From NCBI GenBank assembly GCA_040954595.2, contig CM082581.2:984699-1048698 (forward strand): a stretch of DNA of 64,000 nt, written 5' to 3'. How positions within the stretch are numbered: position 1 is the first letter of the stretch; every line of letters begins with the position of its first letter. The translations under genes were made by a program, and so were the position numbers. The notes beneath the pieces were generated by a model. The model searched no databases. It had not been told where the DNA came from and worked only from the letters and a program-made list of their open reading frames with translations. This document shows, piece by piece, positions 1-13,219 of this stretch. This DNA is from Balanoglossus misakiensis (lineage: Eukaryota > Animalia > Hemichordata).

Positions 1-3000
1 CCCCCCCCCTGTACACAACCCGAAATATTTTCAAATCCCCCACCCCCTTCTGAACTGCCAAAATTTTAAAATCCCCCCCCCCCATTTTCTTTCACAGAGC
101 AAAACACATCACTTATCTATCTTGTAAAAAAGAAAAACAGCGCTCCCATGAAAAGACTTTGAAACTGATGTTTCCCCTCATCAGTGGGTATTAAAACTGA
201 ACATGGTTTTTATTTTTTAAGTATTTGTATTCTGTGTTGGGAGACATTGTAAACCGGGAATTGAAGGGGGTGGGTGTGGGAAGGGGTGTCCCCCTCCCAC
301 GTAAGAAAATTTTATAAAATACAGAGCTCAAAGCTGCATTTTTATGAACCCGGCAAAAGCAAATTAACTCAACTACCAGTATGTTGGGGAGGATAAATTT
401 AACCGTCGCCGCTCAAAGTTATCATGGGGTGGGGGCAAGTCCCCTGACATGGGACACTAGATAAACCAGTTAATGATTGAAAGGTGTTGATGAAATAGCT
501 ACATGCCTATTGTTAACAAGCAGCTGACTGTACTGAAAGAATGGAAGTGTTGTGTACCTATTTTACATATTCAATATTTGTAATTAGACCATGTCATGTA
601 TATCTTGGGGATTGCTCGATCGCAATGTCTCTGCTGGTACAATGTCCTTTTAACTTGTACAGTAATATGGTAGTGATTGTAAGTTTGTGTACGGCATTTG
701 TAAGTTATTTTCAATTTATAATTTTTTTGTAAGTTTCTTCATTCTCAAATTGCTTGCCTAACGTACTGCTTTAAAATTTAAATTTTGGTATGATTTTGAG
801 TAGACTTTTTGTTTCAAAATTATTTTCGACACTTGACATTTTTGGGTGATATGATTTTACATGGAAAATCTGATTTCCCTGTAATTCGGTTGACAGGATT
901 TTCACAATATCTCTAAATCATGAAGTACATGTATCAGAATTGCATCAGGCCCCCAAAATTCTAGTCGCCCTTGGCAAGTAATATTAGCCATTGTTGTCCA
1001 AGGACGTTGAAGGTACAATTGGTTTTTAAACTTACTATGTAGGCATTTTATCAGAATTATTAGGTCCCATTTGGTGCAGGTATATGTATTTATACCATGG
1101 GACCTTATGGGATCAGTTGCACCTGTATATATGGATGTCTGTATGGATGTTTGTCTGTATGTCTATCAATATCAAACACTTGGAAACCACTGGCATGTGA
1201 CCTTGATATTTAGTGTGGAGATGCAGGCAGGGCATTAAGTGGGAGTTGTCAAAATGAACTTGTCATTGCCAAAATATGCAAATTAGCTGGGAAAGTGTCA
1301 AATTCGTCCAAACTCGGGAACTCGACAACTACTGAGCAAATTGCTTTCAAAATTGAAAATTGGTATTCCTGTAAGTTATGTTAACCTCACACAGTTCTAT
1401 ATGTTGTGAGCTAATGTGAATTTTCGATTTTTTATGTATTTTTTGTCTCTTTCCACATTATCGGTAGAAAATCTGCTTTTCTGGAATTGATCAGCTGACT
1501 TATTTGAAATTTAGTATGAAGCTTCATAGGTGATCTGAGTTATCATAGTTTTGTAAGGTCCCATTTGCTTTACCATGGGACCTTATGATATCGGTGGATG
1601 TATGTATGTATGTCTGTATGTCCGTCCACATCACAAACTTGAAAACCGCTGGGCATATGACCTCGATATTTGGTGTGTAGATGCAGGCCAGGCTGAAGAT
1701 TGGAGTTTGTTCAAATGAAGCTGTCATTGCCAAAAATATGCAAATTAGCTAGGAAAATGTGAAATTGGTCAAAACTCAAACTCAACAACCACTGGTCACA
1801 TTCATTTGAAAATCAGTATGCATGTACCTTATGTCTACCTCAAACAGTCCTGTATGTTTTGAGCTAATATTATCGATTTTTAATTTTTTATGCCAAAAAT
1901 CTTTTATGCATTTTTTGTATTATTCCACATTATTGGTAAAGAAATCATCATTTCTTAAAGTTATAGGCCTCATTCTTTGAATTTTAGTATGAAGCTTCTA
2001 ATGGTTGTCTGAGTAACCAAAGTTTTGTTCAAATTGTTGAAAAATTTGCATATTTTAATTTTGAGCAATTTTTGCCACTTTTGGTCATTTTTTTTTCTTT
2101 AAAACTGCATGCCAGATTGATTTGGTAGGCATATTCCTAAGGGTAAACTGAGTAAGATGTTGTAAAAATGTTTTAGTATATATTGTGTTATTGGGGAAGG
2201 GGGGGGGGGGGGTTACTCAAACATTTATAACACCCAGCAACTTTTGGTACTGGCAGGGTTTGTCCTCCAATGATTTCAACATCCTGCTAGGAATACAACC
2301 TCTCCTCAACTTTATAAATATAGGGCATGACATTGCAGGTTTTTTGAGAACACTGTTTAAAATAACCCTCATCAAGCCTGTTAACTTATTTAGACAGACT
2401 ATTATCCAGAATGAAACGAAACATGGATGCAATAAAAAGATCTTGTGCAATAAAAACCAAGTTGATCATAACAATTATTTGCTAAGTACAACATGTACAT
2501 CACTAATAGAAGTTATGGCTATAAGCATAAACCTGTTTGTTTTGCTATCTTCACTATTCATATTATCTGACTATATTAATACATTTGCAAGCATACTGTT
2601 TCAGACATAGCGAATTTGATAAACATCTACAAATATATTTTTACCTGTTGAAGTTATCAAAATCCAGACACTTGACAAAAGGACATTTTTCATCCCCTCT
2701 ATAGATTGATAGTCTAACATAGCAGGCAATCTGTTTTTAACAACTGCAGAAGCCTTCATAAAAAGTTGTTGGCCAGAATGAAAGCTTAGGGGGACGTAGG
2801 ATTTCCTACTTTTTAGGTTATTTTTTCTATGGCCCCAAAAAGCTATGACAAAAAATTGATGACCCCCTTGGAATTTATAATTCCCCCCCCTATCATACCC
2901 TGTCCATATTCTTATAAATGTCAATAAATGCCATACAGTCCTGTATGTTTTGTTTTGAGCTAATATTATGAATTTTCTATTTTTATTGTTTTGTCTTTTA

Positions 3001-3646
3001 CTGCATTATTGGTAAAGAAAAATCTTCCTTTCTGAAAGCCATAGTTTTTGTTCAAATTGCAAATTGTTGTGAAATTGGTATATTTATAATTTTGAGCAAT
3101 TTTGTAATTTTTGCTCAGAATGCAGATTCCTAGGGGGGTAACCCAAGTAAGGTGTTGTAAAAGAATTGTTTAAAAAATAAAAATATATTTGTAGATGGTT
3201 ATCAAATTCGCTGTGTCTGAAAGCGCTTGTCAGATTGCTTTGAACTTTGACATGAATGTTCCTTGTAGTGATTTAAGTAAGATGGTGTACAATTATAGTG
3301 ATTTTTGCATATTTGTGTTTTTGCCACTTTTGAACAAATGTAGTTTTGTTTAACCCCCATCTTACCCTATCCATATTCAAATAAATATGAAAAGAAATTT
3401 CTCACAGATATTATTTACTTTGATAATACTATCATTTGTGTAACAACTAATCAATCAAACAGTCAATAATCATAAATTGGGAGTTCAAAAATATCTATAA
3501 GGGAGATTTAAAACCCCGTTAGCAACAACTGTTTGCCATGTTTTCAGTATTAATGTTTTGTGTAGCTTCTGCAGTTTTTAGGTCCCATATGGTATGTACC
3601 ATGGGCCTTATGGAATCAGTTGCGTCTGTATTTATGTATGGATGTA

Positions 3647-3844
3647 CTGTATTTTCGCGAGTTAAATTTTTCGCGATATCGAGAGAGGCCACTGTTTCGC
3701 GTGTATTAATTTTCGCGTTCTCTTATTTCATTCACTGCATCGTTATCTTCAAAAACAATTTACGCGACTTTTTATTTTCACGTTATTTTGGCTCTCGCGT
3801 ATTTGACGAAAATTAATTGCTCGCGAAAATAAAGTGTTTTACAG
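3647..3844. mobile_element. TA-flanked ~200-bp MITE (Tc1/mariner-pogo-like), nested in the microsatellite of an older repeat
   Basis: Ends in ...gtgttttacag|ta; near-identical reverse-complement copy at 26240-26446. Confidence 0.7.
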
Positions 3845-5541
3845 TATGTCTGTCTGTTTGTATGGATGTATGTCTGTATGTCCGTCCACATCTAAAACTT
3901 GAAAACCGTTGTGCATATCACCTCGATATTTGGTGTGCAGATGCAGGCTGGGCTGTAGATTGGAGTTTGTTAACATGAAAATGTCATTACCAAATATATG
4001 CAAATTAGCTGGAAAATGTGAAATTGGTCAAAACTCGCAAAATTCAACAACTGCTGGTCAGATTGATTTGGAAATTGGTATGCAAGTACCTTATGCCTAC
4101 CTCATACAGTCCTGTATGTTTTGAGCTAATTTTGATTTTCTATTTTTGATGCATTTGTTTGTATTTTTCAACATTATTGGTAAAAAATCTTCATATGAAT
4201 CTAAAATTACTGTCGAATCATCCAGTGTGAGTTAGCACTGTAATTAGCAAAAGTTATAAATCCACAGTTACCCAGCAAATTTGATATAATGCTTCACATA
4301 GGTATTGGTTTTGAACATCCTTCAGAAAGGGTATGAATATTTTAAAATTTTTACTGTTGCAACCCAGACTAGTTTATTTCTGAATAAACAGAGAAATGAC
4401 AACCGGATAGATTATTCTTCTGTACTAAAGACATATGCAGACACAAGAAATAGTCTGAACATTTTCAGTACATTACTAAAACAGTGTCGGTACATTGTAC
4501 TATAAACTGAGGAAGATTAGTGACTATTGTTTGCCAAAAATGGTCCCAAGTCATTTCTCAAGCATAGCAGAATAGTAGCTTTGAGTAGCAAAGTGTGATG
4601 ATTTAAAATGTAAAAAGACAACACCAATCTCTAGCTCTGCTCTCAGCACTGCAAAAGTTATCTGACAGGTAGATAGATGTTCAGTCATCCTATGTCTGTC
4701 AACATTTTTCTTTTCTGAAATCACTGGCGCAAGTGCTTTTAAAATTGGTGTGCAGGTTTCTTGGGGTGGCGAAGTAATGTGTGTTCAAATTGTGTTGAAT
4801 TCTGCATATTTGTAGTTTGGAACAAGTTTTTTGCTGTTTTTGGAAGAAAAAAGCTAAGCTCGTAGATTACTTTGACTATGCAGGTTTCTAGGTATGACAC
4901 AAGTTGTTTCTTCAAAATATGGTGAAATTTGCATATTTGGGGGGAAATTTTCTCTGAAATTTAGTATTGATCTCCCTGAGGTATGTGACATAATCTGTAA
5001 TTTTGTATTTTGGAGACAGTTGCCTTTTTGTACAAACAAAAAATCTTGTCAGAATATGCATGTCTGATTGCCATGTCCACAGGGGTGATCTACTTTTATT
5101 TACATTATAACCGAATCTGTAAAGTTTTCATAATGATCTTTAAAATAGGTACGTCTAATTGTTTTGATCTTTGGTATGAATTGTCCCTTGGTGATCTTAG
5201 TCAATGCTTTTGAAATTCCGCTGAATATTGCATTATTATTTTGTCTAAGTCTGAAGAGTAGTCATCATCTCTGAAACCCCTTGACCTAAGTCAGGTGTCA
5301 AATAGTACAATTTGCAGATTTGTTGCATTGGAGATATTGTTGCAGTTTTTGAAATTCAAGATGGCTGCCAATGTCTGTGTTAACTCTATGAAAAAACATT
5401 TATGTAAATACTTTTCTGAAAACAAGGCGGTGAACATCACATTTTTGTTTACAAACAGTAATAGAAATAGCTATCATTGTTTCTGAAAATCCTAACTTGT
5501 AGGATTCTTTTTCAATCTCTGGCATCAGCAGAGACAATTAA

Positions 5542-6273
5542 GGTGGCATTGCATGAAAAGTTGTGATTTTTGCCAAATTTTACTTTTTTACATAAATCGG
5601 TAGGCCTAATACTCACCCACATCCTGACTAATACGTCTTGGCGGAAATGGTGCACAATCACCCCCAAATAGCACTTTTCTGAATGAGTTCACAGCTTAAC
5701 AAATAGGTGTCAACAATGCAAATGGCCGTTTTTCTCGGTTTGCATTTTCGCTGCTTTTGACAACTTCGGACTAAAATAGCTTCGCCCTGCATTGGCCGAA
5801 TTTGCTCAAATTTTGACAGGGAATTGTGTATGACCCATCCAACAAAACGCTAGTTTTGTATGTCGATAAAGTGTCCCTAGCGGGAATAAACTCTGATTCA
5901 ATACAACTCACCGTGAATTTGATCAAATTTTCAGAAAATCTAACTTTCAAACGCTGTTACTCCTCAATGGAAGCAGATAACGCAAAACAAAATTAGCGTT
6001 TTTTTGCACGTGTACTTTAGTTTCGAATGACATATTAAGATGCATGATGCATGGTCAACTTTTTTACCTATTTTAAATTTCATGACATAATATCAAAAAA
6101 TGGGTTTTTCGCCCAAAATCGCCACCATTTCCGGGGATCAATAATATTTGCAACTCAAACAAAAGTTCAAAATCTCAGCTTCCAGAATATATATGGTTTA
6201 TGGGGGTTTAAACTTTGTCTTTGATGAGAAATAGGCCTCTGAAAAAGTCTCGACGGTTTCATGCAGTGCCACC
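5542..6273. mobile_element. Non-autonomous TTAA-specific DNA transposon (Kolobok-like MITE)
   Basis: TTAA at 5538-5541 and 6274-6277; TIR ggtggcattgcatgaaa / tttcatgcagtgccacc (1 mismatch); RR...YY termini as in Kolobok. Confidence 0.75.
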
Positions 6274-7184
6274 TTAAACAACTCTATAAAAAGTCTTATT
6301 GCTTAGTACTGGCACGAGGTGGTAAAAAGATGTGCAGCTTTTGACTTATTACAGGCTTACACTTTGTTAGTAATATGAGTCCCTATTGGTATTGTGCTGG
6401 GTTTTTAGGAGCTTGGGCCCCATTCCCTGGATATTTTTTACACCTTGCTCTGAAAACCTGCCACACCTATGCTTCTTGAATTTGTCACAGTTGTCCTTGC
6501 CAATGAGTGTGCACCTTGAAATTCAAATCAGTCATTTGACCTGGCAGCCATATTCAGTTGAACTTGTTAAATAAATGCAAATTAGCTGGGAAAATTTGAA
6601 ATTGGTCAAAACCACTGGTCAGATTGATTTGACAATTGGTATGCAAGTACCTTATGTCAACCACATACAGTCCTGTATTTTGAATAGTTTGAATGTTCTA
6701 TTTTTATGCATTTTTTGCCTTTTTCCTCATTTTTGGTAAAACATCTACTTTTCTAAAATTGATGAGACGACTTCTTTGAAATTTAGTATGAAGCTTCATA
6801 TAGGTGATATGAGTTAGCATACTTTTGTTAAAATGTTGCAAAATTTGCATATTCATAATTTTGGAGCAATTTCGGCCGTTTTTGAATTTTTTTTTTAAAC
6901 CGGTTGTTACATTGCTTTGAAATTTGTTAGTCATATTAGGGGTAGCCCAAGTAAGATTTGCATGTATGTTTTTCAAATCAACTTGATGAATTGAATAGTA
7001 TATTTTTGGGATGATTTTTGCCATTTTCGGTCAAAACTCTTCTCAGAACCCCCCACAGTACGTGAAATATCCCATGAATCACTCTGGTTTGTACAACCAG
7101 AGATTACTCGGTCAAACCAGGCAAAGTTCACATGTGTAGAGAAAATTGTAGACCACTAATACAAATTTTGAGAGCATGCTTTAA

Positions 7185-8684
7185 CACTTTCACTGCGTAG
7201 TTAATATGTGCTAATGTATTCCTGTGCGTAGTTTCCTATGGTAAATTTAACTAATAAACAATGTTTTACTTTACCCTCTCTATCTCTTGTAATATGAAAG
7301 TATATGCAACGATATTTCCAGCAAGTATATTTTATAAGACAACCAACATAATAAAACTGAAAAATGGTCACATGACCATTAATTGGTCATGTGACACTGG
7401 CAGCCATAATGGATTTCTGTCGAAATATGGTAAAAACAACAGATATTGTAATATAAGTGACTGAAATACTGTATTTAATTCATTGTATCACAGCTGACAG
7501 ACAAACATAGTCAAAAACAACTTCCCCCTGTATAAAAGGGAATAACAAGTGACTTTTGAGCAAGAAATTTGATCAAATTTATTAATGGACCATAAAAACA
7601 ATTATCAAATCATGCCCACCATTTACATGTATACATGTTTAAAATCTGAGAAAGAAATATAGATTATTAGTGAAAAGGTGAAGGTGATTGAACTTGTAAA
7701 TAAATAATAATAATAAAATAAATTAATTAAGTAATTTATTAAATACTCTACGTTTTAATGAATTGCAAGTTGAAGAAATCAAGGTTGGTAAATATGAATA
7801 TACACACATTTAAAAAAAAATCATTAGCATAGTACTGTTTTGGCAATTCATTTCAAATGGATATAATACTCTGACAACATAGACTTCTGGCAAAGTCCCA
7901 TCAAGATTTGCAAAGAAACCTACGCCTTCATTTAATTCAGTGAAGTAGGCATCTAGCGAAATCTTGACCAGAAGGGCAACTCATCAATTGCAGGGTTGTC
8001 AAAAAATTGTGCGGTGTACATATCAGTTTGCTCTGACAATGACATCAACTCAAACACATCACCAGGAAAGAACAGCTGAAAAAAGTCAACCGGTGCAAAG
8101 TCATCAGTGTCAACTAATAAACCTTAGCGACGATCGTATACAGACAACCAGTCCGGTGTGTAATTGTCATTTACGTCATACAAAACCCACCGCGTGTCAC
8201 CATCAACGTTACGACGTCCGAGAACATGACAAAAACCCTCCCTCTCTCTCTGTCTCTACTCTGTTGTCTCCGTGTCTGGCTTCTATTTCTGGTTCTATGA
8301 TGTTGTTGTCCGTAATTTGGCTTCCGCTATCGCTATGATCGCTGTCACTATCCTGAAAGACTTGTTCAAGAACTTCGTCGGCATCAAACTTTGCCCATGT
8401 CGCCATTTTTAAATACCAAGTGAATGAAAAAATATGATCGGGGCGACCTAAAATCAGCTGTATAAGGAAACCCTTTGATGACAAAATCGACTTGATTGTT
8501 TACAATACATATGCGCATGCTCAATTAGGGTTGACCCCTGTCCTATATATAGTCATACAAAATGAGTAAATAAGCAACGAACATAAAATAGAACAGACCA
8601 AGTAACGGACGCGATCTTGGCGCATTTATGCGCCTCCCGCATTCTGACTGCCGGCGCAGAAAATGCCCTCCCGCAGCGAAAGTG
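7185..8684 (-). mobile_element. Internally deleted piggyBac element with transposase remnants
   Basis: TTAA at 7181-7184 and 8685-8688; TIR cactttcactgcg / cgcagcgaaagtg. Minus strand encodes an acidic N-terminus (MATWAKFDADEVLEQVFQDSDSD) and, across a stop and frameshift, the piggyBac motif P.DFF/QLFFPGDVFELMSLSEQTDMY (~8010-8100). Confidence 0.85.
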
Positions 8685-9242
8685 TTAAAGGCGAATCTTA
8701 TTGTCAATTACCATTTCAAATGATAAACAAAATCATGCATTATTGAAAGAGGAGATACAAATTTTATAAAATAAGCAATTGCATAGCCAGCCGATACAAA
8801 AAAGTTTGAAGTAAAACAGGGACACTTGAAACACTTGTTTAATCAAACAAAACGATATTGATTTTTTTCTATAGACAGAACAATGGAAATTTACATGTTA
8901 ACTTTCAACAGAGACTGGCCACCTCAGTTAGTCATTGCTTCTTTCCTCCTAAGTGTGACATTTGACGTACATGAATGAATACTTTGATTTCTATGGCTTT
9001 TAAATCTTGATTTTGAAATTTTCACTCTAATTCCTCAACATACTTTTTCTAGATAAATCTTAATACAGTTATATGTACTTCATATCATTGTTAGTATCTA
9101 AAACAGAAAGTAATTAAATGGACAATCTCGATGATACAAATCATGGAGAGTTGTGGGTAAAATATCGTACTGTGCCCCCTTTACCCCCACTGCTTTGAAA
9201 TTTGATTTGAAGGTTTCAGGGTTTGTTCTCATGATAATTTAC

Positions 9243-9610
9243 AGATTGATTTGACAATTGGTATGCAAGTACCTTATGTCAACCACATACAATCCTGTAT
9301 TTTTTTAACTAATAGTTTGAATGTTCTATTTTATGCATTTTTTGCCTTTTTCCTCATTTGTGGTAAAAAAATTTAGTATGAAGCTTCATGTAGGTGATAT
9401 GAGTTACAATACTTTTGTTGAAATGTTGCAAAATTTGCATATTGATAATTTTGGAGCAATTTCAGCCTTGTTTAATTAATTTTTTTTCTCTAAAACCGCT
9501 TGTTCCATTGCTTTAAAATTTGTTAGTCATGTTAGGGGTAGCTCAAGTAAGATTTGCATGTATGTTTTTCAAATCAACTTGATGAATTGAATAGTATATT
9601 TTTGGGGGAT
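9243..9610 (+). repeat. Local near-identical duplicate of 6620-7012
   Basis: cagattgatttgacaattggtatgcaagtaccttatgtcaaccacatac ... ttgatgaattgaatagtatatttttggg occurs at both places. Confidence 0.7.
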
Positions 9611-9905
9611 CAAATCAAATCAAATCAAAACAAACATTTATAAAGCGCCAGAATCAATAACAATGTTATTTCCAAAGGCGCTGAAAGTATAACATCAGTG
9701 TTCGTAGGCTTTGACAAATAGAAATGTCTTGAGTTTTTGTTTGAAAATGTTGAGACTAGAAGCCTGTTGAATGTCAGATGGCAGAGAATTCCAAAGTTGT
9801 GGCGCGACAAGGGAAAAGGCACATCCACCATATGTTTTGAGTCTGTACTTTGGTACACACAACTGGTTCCTTGAGCTGGAGCGCAGAGCCCGACTAGGCT
9901 TATAT
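9611..9905 (-). mobile_element. 5'-truncated L2/CR1-group LINE 3' fragment
   Basis: Minus-strand peptide YKPSRALRSSSRNQLCVPKYRLKTYGGCAFSLVAPQLWNSLPSDIQQASSLNIFKQKLKTFLF is the typical L2-type ORF2 C-terminus; short 3'UTR and (ATTTG)n tail (caaat repeats at 9611-9629). Confidence 0.85.
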
Positions 9906-10687
9906 GATTTTTGATTTGATTTGGTTTCAGGGTGATTTCTCATGATGATTTACAAAACCTATGACTGATTACTTTGAAATTTGAGTAGGAAGTTAATTGG
10001 ATGTGTTTGTTTAGATAATGGAATCAAATAAAGTTATTCATTCTTCACCTTCATTCTTCACCTCATTTCATTTATTGGCTGGTTTGTCTATTGTATCAGG
10101 GAAGAGTACTTGCCATCCCACCCCACCGATGCAAACTTTGAGTGGCAAAAGTAAAATTTGTCATAACATTGAGTTAATTTGCTTTTGGGCTCACTAAAAT
10201 GCAACTTTGAGCTCTGTATTTGTACAAAATTTTCATTAATTGGCTGGTTTGTCTATTGTACCAGGCCAGCATACATAAGATCAAGATGTTTTCGGGGCTG
10301 GGGGGGGCATCATATTTTATTGCCTCTCTATGTGTGTGTCTGTCTGTCTGTACTCCTGTGTAGACTTTTTCTAGTGTAATCACTAAATGAGACCACAGTG
10401 TCCTTGACGCTATTTTTTGCGATTTTCAATGACCCTGGGGTAACCTTTGACCAGCTTTCATATATCTTGGTATTCACAGCACAATACAGCCTTGGCATAC
10501 CCTGGTAACCATGGGAACCGTTTGGGCCCAACCAATGGTGCTGGCAGCGTTAATTTTTAAATGATTTCTTCTTGTCGTTTTCTTTATCAATATGATGACT
10601 TGACCTAATCAGATTATTAAAATAATTTCATTCTTTTTTTACATTAGGTTCTTTGGTAACACTGCTGCTGGAGGGAGTGTAATATTT

Positions 10688-11330
10688 GTAACGACGTCGC
10701 CACCTAATACTGTACTGGAGGTATGAACTTAAACTTGTAACGACGCCGCCACCTAATACTGTACTGGAGAGATGAAGTTAATACTTGTAACGACGCCGCC
10801 ACCTAATACTGTACTGGAGAGATGAAGTTAATACTTGTAACGACGCCGCCACCTAATACTGTACTGGAGAGATGAAGTTAATACTTGTAACGACGCCGCC
10901 ACCTAATACTGTACTGGAGAGATGAAGTTAATACTTGTAACGACGCTGCCACCTAATACTGTACTGGAGAGATGAAGTTAATACTTGTAACGACGCCGCC
11001 ACCTAATACTGTACTGGAGAGATGAAGTTAATACTTGTAACGACGCCGCCACCTAATACTGTACTGGAGGGATGAACTTAAACTTGTAACGACGCCGCCA
11101 CCTAATACTGTACTGGAGAGATGAAGTTAATACTTGTAACGACGCCGCCACCTAATACTGTACTGGAGAGATGAAGTTAATACTTGTAACGCCGCCGCCA
11201 CCTAATACTGTACTGGAGAGATGAACTTAATACTTGTAACGACGCCGCCACCTTATACTGTACTGGAGGGATGAACTTAAACCTGTAACGACGCCAGATG
11301 ATGCTCCTGTGACCAGAGGGATGAACGACG
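10688..11330. repeat. 50-bp minisatellite, ~12-13 copies
   Basis: Unit gtaacgacgccgccacctaatactgtactggagagatgaagttaatactt, period 50 (e.g. 10741, 10791, 10841); some 49-bp variants. Confidence 0.95.
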
Positions 11331-11480
11331 CCATGATTTGTTGATCTGATCTAATTAATAATATTCATTCTTTTTTTTCAATAGGTTCATTGGTATTATC
11401 ATCGCCGGAGGGAGTCTAATCAATATCTACAACAACGCCGCACCAGATAACAATATCAAAACCAGAGGGATGCTGTCAAT

Positions 11481-11656
11481 AGGTTAGGCTAATAAAAATG
11501 GTTTAATCTGAGGGAATGGTAAAGGGTTGGTGTATGAATATGTTAGGGTAATAAAAAATGGTATAATCTAACGGAATGGTGAAGGGTTGGTGTATAAACA
11601 GGTTAGGCTAATAAAAATGGTATAATCTAATGAAATGGTGAAGGGTTGGTGTATGA
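11481..11656. repeat. ~60-bp tandem repeat, 3 diverged copies
   Basis: ggttaggctaataaaaatgg...gaatggtgaagggttggtgtat repeated three times. Confidence 0.8.
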
Positions 11657-12077
11657 TGACTAATAAGACATTGTGCACAAGGGTACTATAATAAAACTGT
11701 CTGCAAGGGTATAATATTATGGTTTCAAGGGTATGATAAGTAATTAAAATACTATAAAAACATGAGTAATGCCACGTGGTAAATAAAAACTGTACATGTA
11801 CAGAGGGTAAATACCGGTATAATATATAAAGGTGTTAACATCAATGGTGTAATAATAAAAAAAATGGGTAACACATGGTTTTGGTGGTATAATAATAATA
11901 AAATGGTATTAACTTGATGGTATAAACATTATGGGATGTGTATAAACGGTGTTAATATTACAAAGGTATAATGATTAGTTGGGGTGTAATAATAAGAAAT
12001 TTAAAATCATTGGGTAATTTATTAGTGTCAGGTTGGGTAAAATAATTGTTGCTATGCATTCGTGTAATAATTGTCTG

Positions 12078-12275
12078 CGGATTTTTTGCAGCGTTACCCG
12101 CGTTCGCGTTCTTCATTGCAGGTCGCTCGTCATGTAATGGAATTTCGCCGTGTGCCCGTTTGATTCGCCGATGGATTTTTTACAACATTACCCGCGTTCG
12201 CGTTCTTCATCGCAGTTGGATCGTCGTGTAATGGAATTTCGCCGTGTGCCCGTTTGATTCGCCGATGGATTTTTT
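12078..12275. repeat. 94-bp CpG-rich tandem duplication
   Basis: ttacccgcgttcgcgttcttcat at 12094 and 12188; gtaatggaatttcgccgtgtgcccgtttgattcgccgatggattttt at 12134 and 12228. Confidence 0.8.
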
Positions 12276-13219
12276 GCTTTCGTCATCGTAATTCCCGCAT
12301 CAACAAGAATCCTCAATCTCGCGTAACAACAATACATCAAAATGTACACAGAAAAATAGGAGTCGGCAAGACAATTCTGGTTAGTTTGAGCCCCAACCTT
12401 TTAAAATTCACAACGGGGGAGGGGGCAGTTTTTCCTCATTTTATATTTGGCTCGAGGTTTTTAACTGTCCCCAGGCGCGTAAAGTTAGTTAGTTTATCAC
12501 ACAGTATGTAATTATCTTGCTTGATTTAAAAAAACAATAAAATTGTATGGGGGAGCTTCTTGCGATTTGCACTTAAGAAACTGATGGTTTGTACCCATAG
12601 ATAATATTTAGTATTAAGCACATAATTGCCTGGAAATAAAAATTAACTCAAGGGTAGAATGCAACAGTTAATTTTGTGCAATATCAACAGGAGCTATTTT
12701 GGCACATTATTTCAGTTTGATAAACACTGTTTTTGCTCATTGTTTCATTTCGACCACATTATTTCAGTTTGATAAACACTGTTTTTGCTTATTGTTTCAT
12801 TTCAACCACTTTTGTCACCTTGTTTTAAATTGAATGCAAGCATTGTTTCTGTTTGACCACTACTTGGGGTAATTGTTCCAAATTGGTATGCAAGATATTT
12901 TACATCAGCAGTTAGCCATCTAGCCACACTTTAGCTGCACAGCATATGAAAAATAATGAAATTCATGCAAAAAGCAAAAAAGTATTATGGGTATAATGCC
13001 ATTGCAGCATTGGCGGTTCGACTCCGTCGATACTTACTTTGAAGCATAAGTCTTCATTATTTTTCATATGTAATAAATAAAACTCTTCCAAATTCATATC
13101 TTTGTTTTAAGTTTGTGCTTTTGCTTCAGTTAGGGGGCCCACATTTACCAAACCTGTCTTGCCATCTTTTCACATTTCTTCAAATATGCAGCGCCAGCGG
13201 TAGGCAGTATTTGATCAAA

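Larger units (their letters stand above)
1062..7020 (+). mobile_element. Cluster of decayed interspersed repeats of one family, Helentron-associated (HINE/DINE-1-like) structure
   Basis: Recurrent modules starting with a short hairpin (aggtcccat...atgggacct at ~1063, ~1556, ~3580), followed by (tctg/tatg)n microsatellite and a shared core (aaaatatgcaaattagctgggaaa..., gtaccttatg...cagtcctgtatg) at ~1270, ~1735, ~3995, ~6575. The family assignment comes from structure only. Confidence 0.5.

Noticed and set aside
10688-11330. Coding tandem repeat
   Set aside because: Period 50 is not a multiple of 3 and no long ORF is present.
11481-11656. Telomeric repeat (ttaggg-like words)
   Set aside because: Only isolated occurrences inside a 60-bp unit; no (TTAGGG)n run.
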